Counted from the stretch's first letter, positions 1 to 9,621 are shown. The stretch is 54,223 nucleotides of DNA from Candidatus Nomurabacteria bacterium (GCA_003155695.1 PMDZ01000008.1:105362-159584); one strand, 5' to 3'. Notes: generated from the sequence alone by a model not told the origin. A program made the numbers and translations.

Positions 1-142
1 GTAACTCGGTATCTAAGATAGAGACGTTAGATACTCTGGCTGGGTCAAGAGACGCATTATTAACACTCTTTCTGTTCAGTGTCACAGAATAAACAGTTGC
101 GCTTAAGACGACCAGGACCAATATGAGTAATGTTGTTTTCAT
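1..142 (-). CDS. Partial CDS running off the window start; secreted or membrane-anchored hypothetical protein
   Basis: ATG at 142, open frame MKTTLLILVLVVLSATVYSVTLNRK... with an N-terminal hydrophobic segment; not in the ORF track. Confidence 0.65.
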   Translation of the reverse strand, partial: MKTTLLILVLVVLSATVYSVTLNRKSVNNASLDPARVSNVSILDTEL

Positions 143-185
143 ACTTGTTATTAACTACTTAAATTTATAAAGAGGGCGAGCTCAT

Positions 186-380
186 TTACATATCCTTTAC
201 CATGGATGTCATCTTGGTCTTCATTTGTTCTTCCGACATTTTTTTCGACATTTCGGCAACTACTTCGGGGTGAGCTTTCGTGGCGTGATCATTTAACTTA
301 CTAATTACTTCTTCAGCCGTCTCTCCTTTCGCTACGAAACCACAATCCACACCCATGTCTTTGCAAGATATTGTTTTCAT
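186..380 (-). CDS. DUF1059 family small metal-binding protein
   Basis: MKTISCKDMGVDCGFVAKGETAEEV...HATKAH pattern (two Cys, two His) typical of DUF1059. Confidence 0.85.
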   Translation of the reverse strand: MKTISCKDMGVDCGFVAKGETAEEVISKLNDHATKAHPEVVAEMSKKMSEEQMKTKMTSMVKDM

Positions 381-554
381 AAAATTTTTTTATTCTTTTA
401 AAAATTGATAATTATTTATAATGTATACTCTTTTGACCTTAAAAGTATATCGACTAATGATACGGACATGAGTTAAATTTATTATTAAACTTAGGTATAG
501 ACTAATTTGGATTAAGGTATTATGATAATGGAAGGGTAAGAGCATAATTTTTTT

Positions 555-2492
555 ATGGAAAACACAAATTTTTGGCATAATGTCAATAAAATCCTTCCTA
601 TAAGTTTGGGAGATTTTTTTGCGGGAATAATTTTCCTGTTTGGTTTATATTTAACAAGCTTTGTAAGTTATGATGTTTTCCATACATTGGTTGAACTTTT
701 TAGTGTTATTATCGCTTTTGGGATTTTTATAGTCATCTGGAATGCCAGAAGTTTCCTAGATAATCATTTTTTGCTTTTTTTGGGTATTGCCTATGTTTTC
801 ATTTCCTTAATTGATATTGCTCACACTTTTGCCTATCAAGGCGTAGGAATTTTAACTTTTTTTGATCCTACATCTAATCTCGCCACCCAGCTTTGGATAG
901 CAGCCAGATATATTCAAGCATTATCTTTGCTTATAGCGCCAATATTTCTAACCAGAAAAATAAATATAAGATTGGTTAGCGGAATCTTTAGCTTGGTCGT
1001 TATTTCGGTTTTTGTTTCTATTTTTTACCTTAAGATTTTCCCGACTGCATATATAGATGGTGTTGGGTTGACTTTATTCAAAAAAATTAGTGAATATATA
1101 ATTTCGTTAATTTTAATCGGCTCGGCAGTTTTCCTTTTTAAAAAAAGAAGAACACTAAACGTAAAAGTTTTTTATCTGATTTTTGCCTCAATTATTTTTA
1201 CTATCGCTTCTGAACTTTCTTTTACTACATACCTCGGAGTGTTCGATTTCTCAAATATGCTTGGACATTTGTTTAAAATAGTATCCTTTCTCCTTATCTA
1301 TAAAACAATCGTAGAATTTGGGGTTAGAAATCCCCTCTCCTACATCTTCAGAAGTTTGGAGCAAAACGCTGAAACTTTAAGAGCTTCGGAACTTAAATTT
1401 CGATCTTTGAGTGAAAAGTTGGAAAAAACAGTTACTGATTTGAAAATAGTCCAATTGTCAATGGATAACGCTTTTGCCCATATTATAATTACCGATAAAA
1501 ATGGACGGATATTATATGCCAATAAATCAGCTGAGAAAATAACCGGTTTCAGTAAGGAAGAAATGATGAATAATACACCTTCTTTATGGGGCAAACAGAT
1601 GCCACAATCATTTTACAAAAATTTATGGAAAACAATAAAAGACGAGAAGAAAAATTTTGCCGGAGAAATTTTAAATAAGAGGAAAAATGGCGATTTGTAT
1701 ACCGCTGAAATTAGAGTCGCACCGGTTCTGGACGATAATAATGAAGTTAAGTTTTTCGTCGCTCTGGAGCGTGATATCACCGAACAAAAAGAGATTGATA
1801 GAGCAAAGACCGAATTTATTTCCCTGGCCGCTCACCAACTGCGCACTCCCCTTTCAACGATTTCCATAACGACCGAAATGCTACTGAAAGATATTGTTGG
1901 CGATACTTCAAAAGAAAATAAGAAATACCTAAAAAATATTTTCACTCAAGTGAAAGGTATGACCGAGATGATAGAAGTGTTTCTGAATGTTTCCCGTATT
2001 GAGATGGGCAAATTCCCGGTAAAAACCGAACCACTGAAATTATACGATGTAATCGAAAATGTCGTAAAAGGATTAGCAACTCAAATTAATAATAAAAAAA
2101 TAAATCTGAAAAAAAATTATAAAAAAACTCTCCCAATTTTGGATTTGGATAAGAATGTCATGAAAATTATCATGGAAAACCTTCTTTCTAATGCAATTAA
2201 ATACTCCGAAAAAGAGGGTAAAATTATACTTGGAGTGGAAGAAAAAGGTGATAATATCATTATAGAAGTTAAAGACAACGGTATCGGTATCCCGGAAAAA
2301 GAACAATACAGAATATTTACAAAATTATTCAGAGCCCAAAATACTTCCCAAATTAAAAGTGAGGGTTCAGGACTGGGACTTTACCTTGTCAAAAATTTGG
2401 CCGAGCAGAGTGGTTATAGTTTTTCATTCATATCAAAAGAAAATGAAGGTGCGGCCTTCACGATTTCTATTCCAAAGACAACTGTAAAATAA
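555..2492 (+). CDS. MASE3-PAS sensor histidine kinase
   Basis: Multi-TM N-terminus with FHTLVELFS, HTFAY and ATQLWIAARY (MASE3); PAS domain; H-box AAHQLRTPL; NLLSNAIKY, DNGIGIP, GSGLGL. Confidence 0.92.
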   Translation: MENTNFWHNVNKILPISLGDFFAGIIFLFGLYLTSFVSYDVFHTLVELFSVIIAFGIFIVIWNARSFLDNHFLLFLGIAYVFISLIDIAHTFAYQGVGILTFFDPTSNLATQLWIAARYIQALSLLIAPIFLTRKINIRLVSGIFSLVVISVFVSIFYLKIFPTAYIDGVGLTLFKKISEYIISLILIGSAVFLFKKRRTLNVKVFYLIFASIIFTIASELSFTTYLGVFDFSNMLGHLFKIVSFLLIYKTIVEFGVRNPLSYIFRSLEQNAETLRASELKFRSLSEKLEKTVTDLKIVQLSMDNAFAHIIITDKNGRILYANKSAEKITGFSKEEMMNNTPSLWGKQMPQSFYKNLWKTIKDEKKNFAGEILNKRKNGDLYTAEIRVAPVLDDNNEVKFFVALERDITEQKEIDRAKTEFISLAAHQLRTPLSTISITTEMLLKDIVGDTSKENKKYLKNIFTQVKGMTEMIEVFLNVSRIEMGKFPVKTEPLKLYDVIENVVKGLATQINNKKINLKKNYKKTLPILDLDKNVMKIIMENLLSNAIKYSEKEGKIILGVEEKGDNIIIEVKDNGIGIPEKEQYRIFTKLFRAQNTSQIKSEGSGLGLYLVKNLAEQSGYSFSFISKENEGAAFTISIPKTTVK

Positions 2493-2599
2493 AAAGATAC
2501 TTTTAATTTAGAATTAATTTTAAATTTAACTTTAGCAATTAATATGCAAGGGGTGGATTATTTTTGGCTTTTAATTTTAAATTAAATATATTCATAAAA

Positions 2600-3040
2600 A
2601 TGACAACAATAACAACAGTCATCATCATATTAGTATTTTTGATTGTATTTTTATTTATTATTCAGAAAAATGAACCAGCTGTCAGTTCTCAAACGTTTCA
2701 GATCTATTTCAATAGGAAATTGGGTAATTATCTGGTTGATAGAAGAAGTCGAGCTTTGTATTACTACGGAGAGGATAGAATAGGAACTTCAAAGTCACAA
2801 CCGAAAAGTCATTGCGGCGAGGGCTGTCTGGGTGTCTGGCAAGTCTTTTATGAAGATAAAATAAACGTCTCACCACCTTTAAGGAAAGAAGATTTTTCAA
2901 ATTTAGAGAGACATCAGGATCAACAAAATCAAACTGTCTATAAAGGCCACCCACTTTATTACTACATAAACGACCTTAACGAAGGAGACGCAAAAGGCGA
3001 AGGCATGAATAACACGTGGTTCGTCTTAAAAATCGATTAG
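2600..3040 (+). CDS. Membrane-anchored protein with Yx(FWY)xxD repeats (COG4315/Lipoprotein_15-like)
   Basis: LGNYLVD...ALYYYGED, CxxxC..W, YKGHPLYYYIND..GDAKGEG; ATG at 2600 preferred over TTG at 2564. Confidence 0.8.
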   Translation: MTTITTVIIILVFLIVFLFIIQKNEPAVSSQTFQIYFNRKLGNYLVDRRSRALYYYGEDRIGTSKSQPKSHCGEGCLGVWQVFYEDKINVSPPLRKEDFSNLERHQDQQNQTVYKGHPLYYYINDLNEGDAKGEGMNNTWFVLKID

Positions 3041-3711
3041 ACTTTCAGCTTATAACCAACCCCACGAATTGTTTGGATGAGTTTCTTGTTTTTACCACCC
3101 TCAATTTTGTTGCGTAATCTATTTATATATACATCAATAATGTTCGAGAAAGAATCATAATCAAAATCCCAAATGTTATCCGACAGGTCAACTCTCTGGA
3201 TTACTTGGTTCGGGCGACGCATTAAATATTCCAAAAGTCTGAATTCTTTCAGAGTCAGTTGAATTTCTTTATTCTTTATAAAAACTTTTTTTGTGCTTGG
3301 ACTCAAAGTTAAATCTCCGGCTTTTAACTCAACCGGTAGAGCCACTTTCGGCCTTCTTGTTAAAGCTCTAATTCTGGCAAACAATTCGGAAAGGACAAAC
3401 GGCTTTTGCATATAATCATCGGCTCCGACATCAAGCAGTGATACTTTACTTTCGGAATCGCCTTTGGCGGTAAGAATTAAAATAGGAGTAGAGATTCCCT
3501 TCTGCCTGATATTCTGGCAAACTTCCTTTCCGGACCTTTTCGGAAGCATTAAATCAAGAATAACTAAATCGTAATCTTTATGATTATATTCAATGCGAGT
3601 TTGACCCGATTCGCCGTCCGTTAGATAATCAACGGCGTAGCCTTCACTTTCAAGGCTTTTTTTCATTAATTTGGCTAAATTTTCTTCATCCTCAATAATT
3701 AAGATTTTCAT
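3037..3711 (-). CDS. OmpR/PhoB family response regulator
   Basis: MKILIIEDE, DLMLP phosphoacceptor, GADDYMQKPF, winged helix ending TIRGVGY. Confidence 0.95.
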   Translation of the reverse strand: MKILIIEDEENLAKLMKKSLESEGYAVDYLTDGESGQTRIEYNHKDYDLVILDLMLPKRSGKEVCQNIRQKGISTPILILTAKGDSESKVSLLDVGADDYMQKPFVLSELFARIRALTRRPKVALPVELKAGDLTLSPSTKKVFIKNKEIQLTLKEFRLLEYLMRRPNQVIQRVDLSDNIWDFDYDSFSNIIDVYINRLRNKIEGGKNKKLIQTIRGVGYKLKV

Positions 3712-3746
3712 ACATAAATGATATCAAACCTAAAATAAAATTCAAG

Positions 3747-4970
3747 TTATTTTTTAAGTAATATTTCAACTGCTTTATCCATTTGCGGGTCTTTTTTTGC
3801 ATCATAATCTTTTTGAATTAAAGGAACTTCCACATCGGGCTTAATTCCTTCCAATGAAATGGAAACTCCTTTGGGAGTGAACCAATTTGCAACCGTAACT
3901 TTAAGTGATGTATCATCCGTAATTTTTATCAGTTCCTGAACGGAACCCTTACCAAAAGTTTTCTCTCCCACCAAAGTAGCAATGCCGTAATCATGAAGCG
4001 CTCCGGCCAAAATCTCGGAAGCCGAAGCCGACCCACCGTCGACCAAGACGACAAAAGAAAGTTTATCATTGAATAATCTTGGACCGTGACTTCGGTAAAC
4101 TTTTGGAGTACTTCCGTTTTGAGAATCTTCGCTTAGGATTACTTTACCCTCGTCTATAAACCACGAACCAATATTTACGGCCGAATCCAAATATCCGCCA
4201 GGGTTACCACGCAAATCAAGTATTAACTTATTTGATTTGGAATCAATAAATTTAATAAGTGCATCTCTGAACAAACTATCAGAATTTTCCGAGAAACTAT
4301 AGAATTTAATGACAAAAATTCCATCCGCTCGTAGCTCTGTATCAATAGTTGGAATTTGTATTTTTTCTCTTGGGATTACGAACTCGCGGGTCTTATTTTC
4401 TCCCGGGCGAAGAATTACCAACTTAACCGTGGTCCCTTCCGGCCCGCGGATTAATTCCAGAGCTTTATCCACAGTCATATCGTTCGTACTGACATCATTA
4501 ATTTTTATAATTTTGTCCCCAGCTTTTATTCCGGATTTGAAAGCTGGAGTATCTTTGAGCGGAGAAATAATTGTCAAAATCTGTTCTTTCATTCCAATCT
4601 CCGCTCCTATCCCTTCGAAAGACCCTGATATTTCCTCACTGAAAGATTTATTCTCTTTTGGCGGGAAAAATACAGTATAAGGGTCTCCGAGCGAGGTAGC
4701 CAAGCCCGATATTGCTCCCCAGACACGATCTTGGTCTCCCACATTTTTTGCGTAAATTGATTTTTCACTTAAAGTATTCCAAACTTTCCAGAAAGTACTG
4801 AAGTCGGCAGTTGTATCGACTTGGGGAGTTTTATTTATTAGAGACGTTACTTTATCTATTTCCGGTCGATGAGTATATCCAATATAAATACCGAGACCCA
4901 AGACTCCACAAATAGCGACTAGGGAAATTATTATATAACTTATTCTTCTTAAAATTCTCTTCTTGTTCAT
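3747..4970 (-). CDS. ctpA: S41A carboxyl-terminal processing protease with PDZ domain
   Basis: LGDPYT, GIGAEI, DLRGNPGG, SASASEI, TFGKGSVQ. Confidence 0.93.
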   Translation of the reverse strand: MNKKRILRRISYIIISLVAICGVLGLGIYIGYTHRPEIDKVTSLINKTPQVDTTADFSTFWKVWNTLSEKSIYAKNVGDQDRVWGAISGLATSLGDPYTVFFPPKENKSFSEEISGSFEGIGAEIGMKEQILTIISPLKDTPAFKSGIKAGDKIIKINDVSTNDMTVDKALELIRGPEGTTVKLVILRPGENKTREFVIPREKIQIPTIDTELRADGIFVIKFYSFSENSDSLFRDALIKFIDSKSNKLILDLRGNPGGYLDSAVNIGSWFIDEGKVILSEDSQNGSTPKVYRSHGPRLFNDKLSFVVLVDGGSASASEILAGALHDYGIATLVGEKTFGKGSVQELIKITDDTSLKVTVANWFTPKGVSISLEGIKPDVEVPLIQKDYDAKKDPQMDKAVEILLKK

Positions 4971-4990
4971 AAATCCTTATTATTGCAAAA

Positions 4991-6226
4991 TTAATTGATT
5001 GTATCAAGCTTTAGCGCCGAAGGGGTATATTTATTGGCTGGGTCCCAGAGCATCCACGAATTTAAACCATTATCATAAACCGCTTTCATTTCGGTTTGAA
5101 TCATTTCTTTGGTATAAGTTGCTCCAAGGTTAAAATCCTGCAACCAAGGACGAATCTTCGATATATCTTGATTTATGGCTTTACTTTTAACCACAGCGCT
5201 TATAAGAGCCCGATTTATGACTTGATAAGGATACAGCGCTGGGTTCTTGTAGCCGGCATAACCGTTTGGATAATGAGAAGGATAAACCATCGGACAAATA
5301 AAATCAAAATATGGTATGACTTTCTCCCAAACTTGACCGATACCCATATCGTCGGTCGCCTCGGTCGTTAAACCAAAAACATCGGCTGAAATTGGAATGT
5401 TATCAGTCTTTTTAATTCCAGTGGAAATATATTTGAAAAATGCTTCCAGGTTATCGGCTCTGGTTTTACCGCTTCCCAAATTATAATTTATATCTTTTAT
5501 GTCACCATCGGAAGGATAGCGGATATAGTCAAAATTAATTTCATCGAAGCCGTCTTTGTATGAATCTAAGGCGATGGACAAAATATACTCATGCACCTTT
5601 ACATTTGTCGGGTCTAGAAACGATAATCCTTTTTTATCTTTCCAGATTGTTCCGTCGCTTTTTTTCTTTATCGCCCACTCGGGTTTTAATTTCGTCAGAT
5701 ACGGGTCTTGAAATACAGATATTCGTCCAATGATATAGATATTTTTGGAGTGGAGTAGAGAAGTAAGCTCTCTGATATTCTTGATACGGTTTTCTGGACT
5801 GCCAATTTCTTTTATCAGTGGGTCGTCAATGGCAAAACTTATGCGTCCGGTCGAGTCCTTGATATCTATTACAACGGCATTGAGTTCAGTATCGTCCACC
5901 ATTTTAATTAGAGGATTGCGATATTTATCCGAGCCGGCCACCCAAGCCGACATATAAAGCGCGCGAACTTGTTCCGGGGTTTGTATATGAGTTACAGGAA
6001 TTAGAGTTGGGGGATCAACGGCAACACTTTTTGGTTCTACTTTATTTACTACGACTTTTGGTAAAATAGTATTGTCTTTGGATAAATCCTGATTAATATT
6101 GTATTTCACAACATTGCTTTTAACCATGGATGAAAATACCGGCAGAGCATAATAAACAACCACCCCGCATCCTACAAATGCGAGGCAAACAAGAATTAAC
6201 TTCGCTTTACTATTTTTAACTGACAT
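4991..6226 (-). CDS. Putative glycoside hydrolase (DUF4015-like), membrane anchored
   Basis: NAVVIDIKD, RISVFQD, GFDEINFDYIRYP, PMVYPSHY, RPWLQDF; start at 6226 avoids overlap with the upstream gene. Confidence 0.8.
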   Translation of the reverse strand: MSVKNSKAKLILVCLAFVGCGVVVYYALPVFSSMVKSNVVKYNINQDLSKDNTILPKVVVNKVEPKSVAVDPPTLIPVTHIQTPEQVRALYMSAWVAGSDKYRNPLIKMVDDTELNAVVIDIKDSTGRISFAIDDPLIKEIGSPENRIKNIRELTSLLHSKNIYIIGRISVFQDPYLTKLKPEWAIKKKSDGTIWKDKKGLSFLDPTNVKVHEYILSIALDSYKDGFDEINFDYIRYPSDGDIKDINYNLGSGKTRADNLEAFFKYISTGIKKTDNIPISADVFGLTTEATDDMGIGQVWEKVIPYFDFICPMVYPSHYPNGYAGYKNPALYPYQVINRALISAVVKSKAINQDISKIRPWLQDFNLGATYTKEMIQTEMKAVYDNGLNSWMLWDPANKYTPSALKLDTIN

Positions 6227-6227
6227 A

Positions 6228-6443
6228 CTATTCCACTTTTCCAATATTATCTACAAATGTTTTACTCTGATTGGTATCGTCGGCTTTGCGAGCTTTGTAA
6301 TCCAAGTAGAATAAATATGCGAGATACATTAAAGCGAGGCCTGTAACAACGAATAATATTTTGCGCCAAGTGTTAGGAAAACCCAAGAAAGGCAATACGA
6401 CTACCCATAAACCTATAATAAGTAACGTTTTTTCTTTTCTCAT
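6228..6443 (-). CDS. Small hypothetical protein with two TM helices
   Basis: Two hydrophobic helices; ATG at 6443 lies 6 nt after a TATAAT box. Confidence 0.75.
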   Translation of the reverse strand: MRKEKTLLIIGLWVVVLPFLGFPNTWRKILFVVTGLALMYLAYLFYLDYKARKADDTNQSKTFVDNIGKVE

Positions 6444-6464
6444 ATAGCCATTATACCGCATTTA

Positions 6465-7151
6465 TCAGGGCTCGACAATAACCACAAATTCACCCCTTTG
6501 CTTGTCAGGATTCTTTGTAAAATATTCCAAAATTTCCTCCGGCGTCCCTTCGACAAATTCTTCAAACTGCTTGGTAATTTCCCTTCCAATGACAATTTTA
6601 AATTTTGGAGCATACTCAATCAGCGATGCCAGTGTCTTTAAAATCCTGTGTGTCGATTCATAAAAAACCATAACTCTTTCACTATTTGCAATTTCTTTGA
6701 ATAAAGTTAATCTGCCTTTCTTATGTGGCAGGAATCCTAGGAAAACAAATCCGGCGGAAGATATTCCGCTTGCTGATAGTGCCGATATTAATGCACTTGG
6801 TCCGGGAATGGGAAAAATTTTCGCTTCAGCCCCAAATTCTTTCCGAACATTTGCCACGAGTAAAACTCCCGGGTCCGAAATACACGGGGTCCCGGCATCA
6901 GAAACCAAAGCCAAATTCTTGCCACCTCGCAACAAATTAATAACAACCGCTTCTTTATTTTCAGAACTGTGGGCATGATAACTCATAGTTTTTGTTTTAA
7001 TATTGTATTTATTCAGCAAATTTTGCGTTGTTCGGGTATCTTCGCATAAAATATAATCCACTTCTTTCAGAGTTCGAAGAGCTCTTAGAGTAATATCCTC
7101 CATGTTCCCTATCGGTGTGGCGACGATGTATAGAGTTCCTAATTCGTTCAT
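6465..7151 (-). CDS. rsmI: 16S rRNA (cytidine1402-2'-O)-methyltransferase
   Basis: LYIVATPIGNMEDITLRA, CEDTR, VSDAGTPCISDPG, REITKQFEE. Confidence 0.96.
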   Translation of the reverse strand: MNELGTLYIVATPIGNMEDITLRALRTLKEVDYILCEDTRTTQNLLNKYNIKTKTMSYHAHSSENKEAVVINLLRGGKNLALVSDAGTPCISDPGVLLVANVRKEFGAEAKIFPIPGPSALISALSASGISSAGFVFLGFLPHKKGRLTLFKEIANSERVMVFYESTHRILKTLASLIEYAPKFKIVIGREITKQFEEFVEGTPEEILEYFTKNPDKQRGEFVVIVEP

Positions 7152-7168
7152 GGTTTAGATTATAACAT

Positions 7169-7205
7169 AAAAAAAGACCCGTCTAAGCATAAGCGAAGAC
7201 AGGTC
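7169..7205 (-). terminator. Rho-independent terminator
   Basis: Minus strand GACCTGTCT...AGACGGGTC followed by a T7 run. Confidence 0.7.
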
Positions 7206-7222
7206 AACTTTCAATTAGTTTT

Positions 7223-7396
7223 TTAAAATTTTTTGTACATGGCAACAATTATTCCAATGCAAACAAATATAATTGCTATAGCTGTTCCAGCTGGAATTGT
7301 CCCCCCAACTGTTCCTTTTATAGAACATGCTACAAAAATTGCAACAATTACTAAAAGAAACGCGAATGTACCTTTGATTACTTTAATTGCTTTCAT
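7223..7396 (-). CDS. 57-aa membrane protein with two TM helices (below the ORF-track cutoff)
   Basis: MKAIKVIKGTFAFLLVIVAIFVACSIKGTVGGTIPAGTAIAIIFVCIGIIVAMYKKF; has its own promoter and terminator. Confidence 0.75.
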   Translation of the reverse strand: MKAIKVIKGTFAFLLVIVAIFVACSIKGTVGGTIPAGTAIAIIFVCIGIIVAMYKKF

Positions 7397-7468
7397 TTCA
7401 AATAGTTTTTTGGGTTATCTGGAAAGACTACAATATAATCTCCTCAGATAACCCAAAAACCATTTCAA
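7394..7468. repeat. 15-bp perfect inverted repeat flanked by an 8-bp direct repeat (MITE-like)
   Basis: TTTTTGGGTTATCTG 7407-7421 / CAGATAACCCAAAAA 7445-7459; CATTTCAA at 7394-7401 and 7461-7468. Confidence 0.75.
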
Positions 7469-7481
7469 CGTTCTCAAATAT

Positions 7482-7510
7482 AGTATATCACTTTTAGGAG
7501 TTATTGTCAA
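7482..7510 (-). promoter_or_regulatory. Sigma70 promoter
   Basis: TTGACA-17 nt-TATACT with extended TG on the minus strand. Confidence 0.75.
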
Positions 7511-7565
7511 TAGTATATATCCCCTTGTATTTAAGCTATTTTCTTGTAAAAAAGTTAAATTTTTC

Positions 7566-8528
7566 CTATTTTAAAATAAAATTAAAAAGATACCCAGTAA
7601 ACATAATCCCGACCCCAACAATTCCGGCAAAGATAAGAATAAGTTTTGTTTTCATAACTTTCTTCAATATCATAAATTCCGGAAGAGATAAAGCTGTGAC
7701 GGACATCATAAATGCAAGTGTCGTGCCCATAGACACTCCCTTTTCAGTTAAAGCAGACACAAGAGGTATGACACCAGCAGCGTTTGAGTAAAGGGGTATT
7801 CCAACAAGAACAGCCAGAGGCACTGCATACCATTTGCCACTTCCGGCATATTGAGCCAGAAAATCCGCCGGCAAATACCCATGAATCCATGCTCCTATTC
7901 CAATACCAATTAAAACATAAAGCCATACTTTTTTAAGAATATCTTTCGTATAATCAAATGCATAATTAACTCTATCTTTCATAGTCATGCTGGGTAAATC
8001 AATATTTCCATTTATAGAATTTTCATAAACAAATGATTCCACAAGATTCTCGACTTTTAACTTCCCTATTATTATTCCGGACAGAATCGCAATAACTAAA
8101 CCACTTGTTATGTATATGAGGGCTATCTTCCAGCCAAACAAACCGAGGAGTAATACAAGAGCAACCTCGTTTATCATTGGTGAAGCTATAAGGAAAGAAA
8201 AAGTTGTTCCGAGTGGTACTCCGGCTTGAACGAAACCCAAGAACAAAGGGATTGCCGAACATGAACAAAATGGAGTGATAATACCCAAAAGTGAGGCCAG
8301 AACATTTCCCACATATTTATTCTTACGTGATAAAATTGCCCTTATCTTTTCCGGCAATAAATATGACCTGATTATTGAGACAACAAAGATGATTACAAAT
8401 AAAAGAATAAAGATTTTTATTGTATCAAAGATGAAAAAGTTCACAGCTGAAGCAAGCAGTGTTTTGGGAACAATCCCCAAAATCGTATAAGTTAAAAAAT
8501 CAGCCAATAGTTGTATCGGGTAAAACAT
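7566..8528 (-). CDS. ArsP/DUF318 family permease
   Basis: TPFCSCSAIPLF, FLIASPMINE, GIPLYSNAAG, LSLPEF. Confidence 0.9.
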   Translation of the reverse strand: MFYPIQLLADFLTYTILGIVPKTLLASAVNFFIFDTIKIFILLFVIIFVVSIIRSYLLPEKIRAILSRKNKYVGNVLASLLGIITPFCSCSAIPLFLGFVQAGVPLGTTFSFLIASPMINEVALVLLLGLFGWKIALIYITSGLVIAILSGIIIGKLKVENLVESFVYENSINGNIDLPSMTMKDRVNYAFDYTKDILKKVWLYVLIGIGIGAWIHGYLPADFLAQYAGSGKWYAVPLAVLVGIPLYSNAAGVIPLVSALTEKGVSMGTTLAFMMSVTALSLPEFMILKKVMKTKLILIFAGIVGVGIMFTGYLFNFILK

Positions 8529-8529
8529 A

Positions 8530-8769
8530 TTAAATATTTTTTGAGATAATATCTTTTAATCTTTTTTTATCCGGAAGCATACTTACCAATACCGGCTTAT
8601 CATTAATAGCAAGTACAGGGCTTTGCATGATTCCCATAGCAACAATTTTATTGATATCGTTGCTATATATAACTTCATCATTAATACCCAGTTCGGAGGA
8701 TACTTCTTTCGTCAATTCAAATAATGCTTTGCATTTTTTACACCCGGAACCAATAACTTCTATTTTCAT
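8530..8769 (-). CDS. Small redox-active disulfide protein (thioredoxin family)
   Basis: MKIEVIGSGCKKC, GIMQSPVLAIN. Confidence 0.88.
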   Translation of the reverse strand: MKIEVIGSGCKKCKALFELTKEVSSELGINDEVIYSNDINKIVAMGIMQSPVLAINDKPVLVSMLPDKKRLKDIISKNI

Positions 8770-8773
8770 AATA

Positions 8774-9007
8774 TTATAATAAATTATTAATACTGCCTGC
8801 ATCAGTAATCTTTTTAAACCCGATTTTTTCCATCATGCCTTTTGCCATCATGGATCTATTACCGGATTCACAATATAAAGTTATCTCTTCATCTTTTTTA
8901 ACACTAGGAAAGACACCTTGCATCATATCCATGATGTCATGATTAATTGCTCCATCTATATGGCCATTCTCGTATTCTTCTTTTGTTCTGACGTCTACTA
9001 ATATCAT
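8774..9007 (-). CDS. Rhodanese-like domain protein
   Basis: LVDVRTKEEYENGHIDGAIN, YCESGNRS; start overlaps the arsR stop (ATGA). Confidence 0.9.
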   Translation of the reverse strand: MILVDVRTKEEYENGHIDGAINHDIMDMMQGVFPSVKKDEEITLYCESGNRSMMAKGMMEKIGFKKITDAGSINNLL

Positions 9008-9276
9008 ATTATTTTTTGAGTTAATGCCGATTGATAATGCCAAATTGCTTCCTCATTGCGAGAATAGATTATTTTAGTTCCTTCGCGTCTACTCTTTAAT
9101 AAACCTAAATCCTTTAATACTTTCAAATGATGAGAGCTCAGGTTTTGAGGTAATTTAAGCTTAGGGTGTATCTCACAGGCACATTTTTCACCCTTTTTGA
9201 GAAACTGCAATATCTCCAACCTGTTTAATTCAGAGATGGCAATCAAGTATTTTTTTATATCTACTGATTTAATCAT
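9004..9276 (-). CDS. ArsR/SmtB family transcriptional repressor
   Basis: NRLEIL, alpha3 site EKCACEI, SHHLKVL, RREG. Confidence 0.92.
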   Translation of the reverse strand: MIKSVDIKKYLIAISELNRLEILQFLKKGEKCACEIHPKLKLPQNLSSHHLKVLKDLGLLKSRREGTKIIYSRNEEAIWHYQSALTQKII

Positions 9277-9285
9277 AATAAAATG

Positions 9286-9309
9286 CTATATCAATATGTA
9301 TTGATATAG
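9286..9309. promoter_or_regulatory. Probable ArsR-family operator
   Basis: Perfect 11-2-11 palindrome CTATATCAATA-TG-TATTGATATAG about 10 nt upstream of the repressor start. Confidence 0.8.
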
Positions 9310-9349
9310 TACCATTACTATAAATAAAATACAATGTCTGCTTAAGCAG

Positions 9350-9421
9350 TGACCCTACAGAGAATCGGACTCTGATTTTATCCTTGAGAAGGATACGTCC
9401 TAACCGTTAGACGATAAGGCC
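9350..9421 (-). tRNA. tRNA-Glu(CTC)
   Basis: Cloverleaf: GGCCTTA/TAGGGTC acceptor, TATCC-TTCTCAA-GGATA anticodon arm, CAGAG-TCCGATT-CTCTG T arm; CCA not encoded. Confidence 0.92.
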
Positions 9422-9468
9422 AAAATATTATCTACTCTGTGATATTACTACTTTTTTTTATATTAATC

Positions 9469-9510
9469 AAAAAAAGAAAACCCCAACTAATTGAGATCAA
9501 TTAATTGGGG
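9469..9510 (-). terminator. Rho-independent terminator
   Basis: CCCCAATTAATTGA/TCAATTAGTTGGGG stem followed by TTTTCTTTTTTT. Confidence 0.75.
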
Positions 9511-9618
9511 GGATGGTATATCGTGGATATTTGGTAGGTAGCTTGTCGGCAAGGTTTTGGTTGTATACAACCATTCCCGCAAATAGCGACCTACAAATTG
9601 CTAACGAATCTATTTACC
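9470..9618 (-). ncRNA. Candidate structured ncRNA (rod-shaped, 6S-like; family unassigned)
   Basis: Lies between a TTGACT-17-TACAAT promoter and a terminator; nested stems; no ORF longer than 25 codons seen on this strand. Confidence 0.55.
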
Positions 9619-9621
9619 TTA

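Noticed and set aside
2500-2535. TTAA(T/C)TT repeats at 11-12 bp spacing as a possible binding site for the OmpR-family regulator
   Set aside because: Cannot be distinguished from AT-rich background by eye.
4465-4473. TTATCCACA matches inside ctpA and otsA (near 51393); possible oriC
   Set aside because: Isolated matches in coding sequence, with no box cluster and no dnaA nearby.
7233-7451. 72-aa plus-strand ORF
   Set aside because: Antisense shadow of the 57-aa minus-strand gene, which has a promoter and terminator.
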